A stretch of DNA of 64,000 nucleotides from Eledone cirrhosa (lineage: Eukaryota), in contig OZ024760.1 in the NCBI GenBank assembly GCA_964016885.1, positions 34,658,001 to 34,722,000 on the forward strand, written 5' to 3'. Position 1 is the stretch's first letter. Each line of letters opens with the position of its first letter. Below are positions 63,201 to 64,000 of the stretch, one piece after another. Under the pieces are notes generated by a model. That model was given only the letters and a program-made list of their open reading frames with translations. It ran no database searches and was not told where the DNA came from. The translations under genes were made by a program, and so were the position numbers.

Positions 63201-64000
63201 ACACTGTTTTGTCTGGGTTATATCAAAAGGGTTATATCTATACTGTTTTGTCTGGTTGGTATTAAAAGGGTTATATCTATTCTGTTTGGTCTGGGTTATA
63301 TTAAAAGGGTTATATCTACACTGTTTTGTCCTGGTTGATATTAAAAGGGTTATATCTACACTGTTTTGTCTGGGTTATATTAAAAGGGTTATATCTACAC
63401 TGTTTTGTCTGGTTGATATTAAAAGGGTTATATCTACACTGTTTTGTCTGGGTTATATTAAAAGGGTTATATCTACACTGTTTTGTCTGGTTGATATTAA
63501 AAGGGTTATATCTACACTGGTTTGTCCTGGATGATATTAAAACGGTTATATCTACACTGTTTTGTCTGGGTTATATTTAAAGGGTTATATCTATACTGTT
63601 TTGTCCTGGTTGATATTAAAAGGGTTATATCTACACTGTTTTGTCTGGGTTATATTAAAAGGGTTATATCTACACTGTTTTGTCTGGTTGATATTAAAAG
63701 GGTTATATCTACACTGGTTTGTCCTGGTTGATATTAAAACGGTTATATCTACACTGTTTTGTCTGGGTTATATTTAAAGGGTTATATCTATACTGTTTTG
63801 TCCTGGTTGATATTAAAAGGGTTATATCTACACTGTTTTGTCTGGGTTATATTAAAAGGATTATATCTACACTGTTTTGTGTGGGTTATATTAAAAGGAT
63901 TATATCTACATTGTTTTGTCTGGGTTATATTAAAAGGGTTATATCTACACTGTTTTGTCTGGGTTATATCTACACTGTTTTGTCTTGTTGATATTAAAAG
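18205..64000. repeat. 39-bp satellite DNA array, >45 kb, extends past the window end
   Basis: Consensus GGGTTATATTAAAAGGGTTATATCTACACTGTTTTGTCT; the main variant starts GGTTGATAT. Head-to-tail in one orientation, ~1170 monomers. The first unit (18205-18250) is degenerate. Multi-kb higher-order periodicity. Confidence 0.99.

Noticed and set aside
18164-63991. Hundreds of ORFs with repeats GYIKRVISTLFCL / VILKGLYLHCFVW
   Set aside because: A 39-bp monomer leaves two frames stop-free by chance. Frequent 1-2-bp indels switch frames, most starts are TTG/GTG, and nothing indicates coding constraint.
18250-64000. CRISPR-like array
   Set aside because: Units are contiguous with no unique spacers, there are no cas genes, and the context is eukaryotic.

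Overview
Eukaryotic, AT-rich, repeat-saturated DNA. Microsatellite density and the SINE/RTE repertoire look cephalopod (Octopus)-like, which is inference. The first ~18.2 kb is a mosaic of two RTE-clade LINE families, tRNA-headed SINEs with RTE-derived bipartite tails, piggyBac- and mariner-type MITEs, long inverted repeats, mini/microsatellites and one candidate first coding exon (12994-13092). Family A has a degraded near-full-length minus-strand copy plus two 3' fragments. Family B has a near-intact 3.3-kb plus-strand copy broken by one stop codon. Both RTE proteins carry a C4HC3 PHD-type zinc finger inserted inside the reverse transcriptase region. From ~18.2 kb to the window end (>45 kb, ~1170 monomers) lies an uninterrupted 39-bp satellite with nested higher-order repeats (periods 312 bp to 10.3 kb) and layered private variants. 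The hundreds of ORFs over it are artefacts of a 13-codon monomer.
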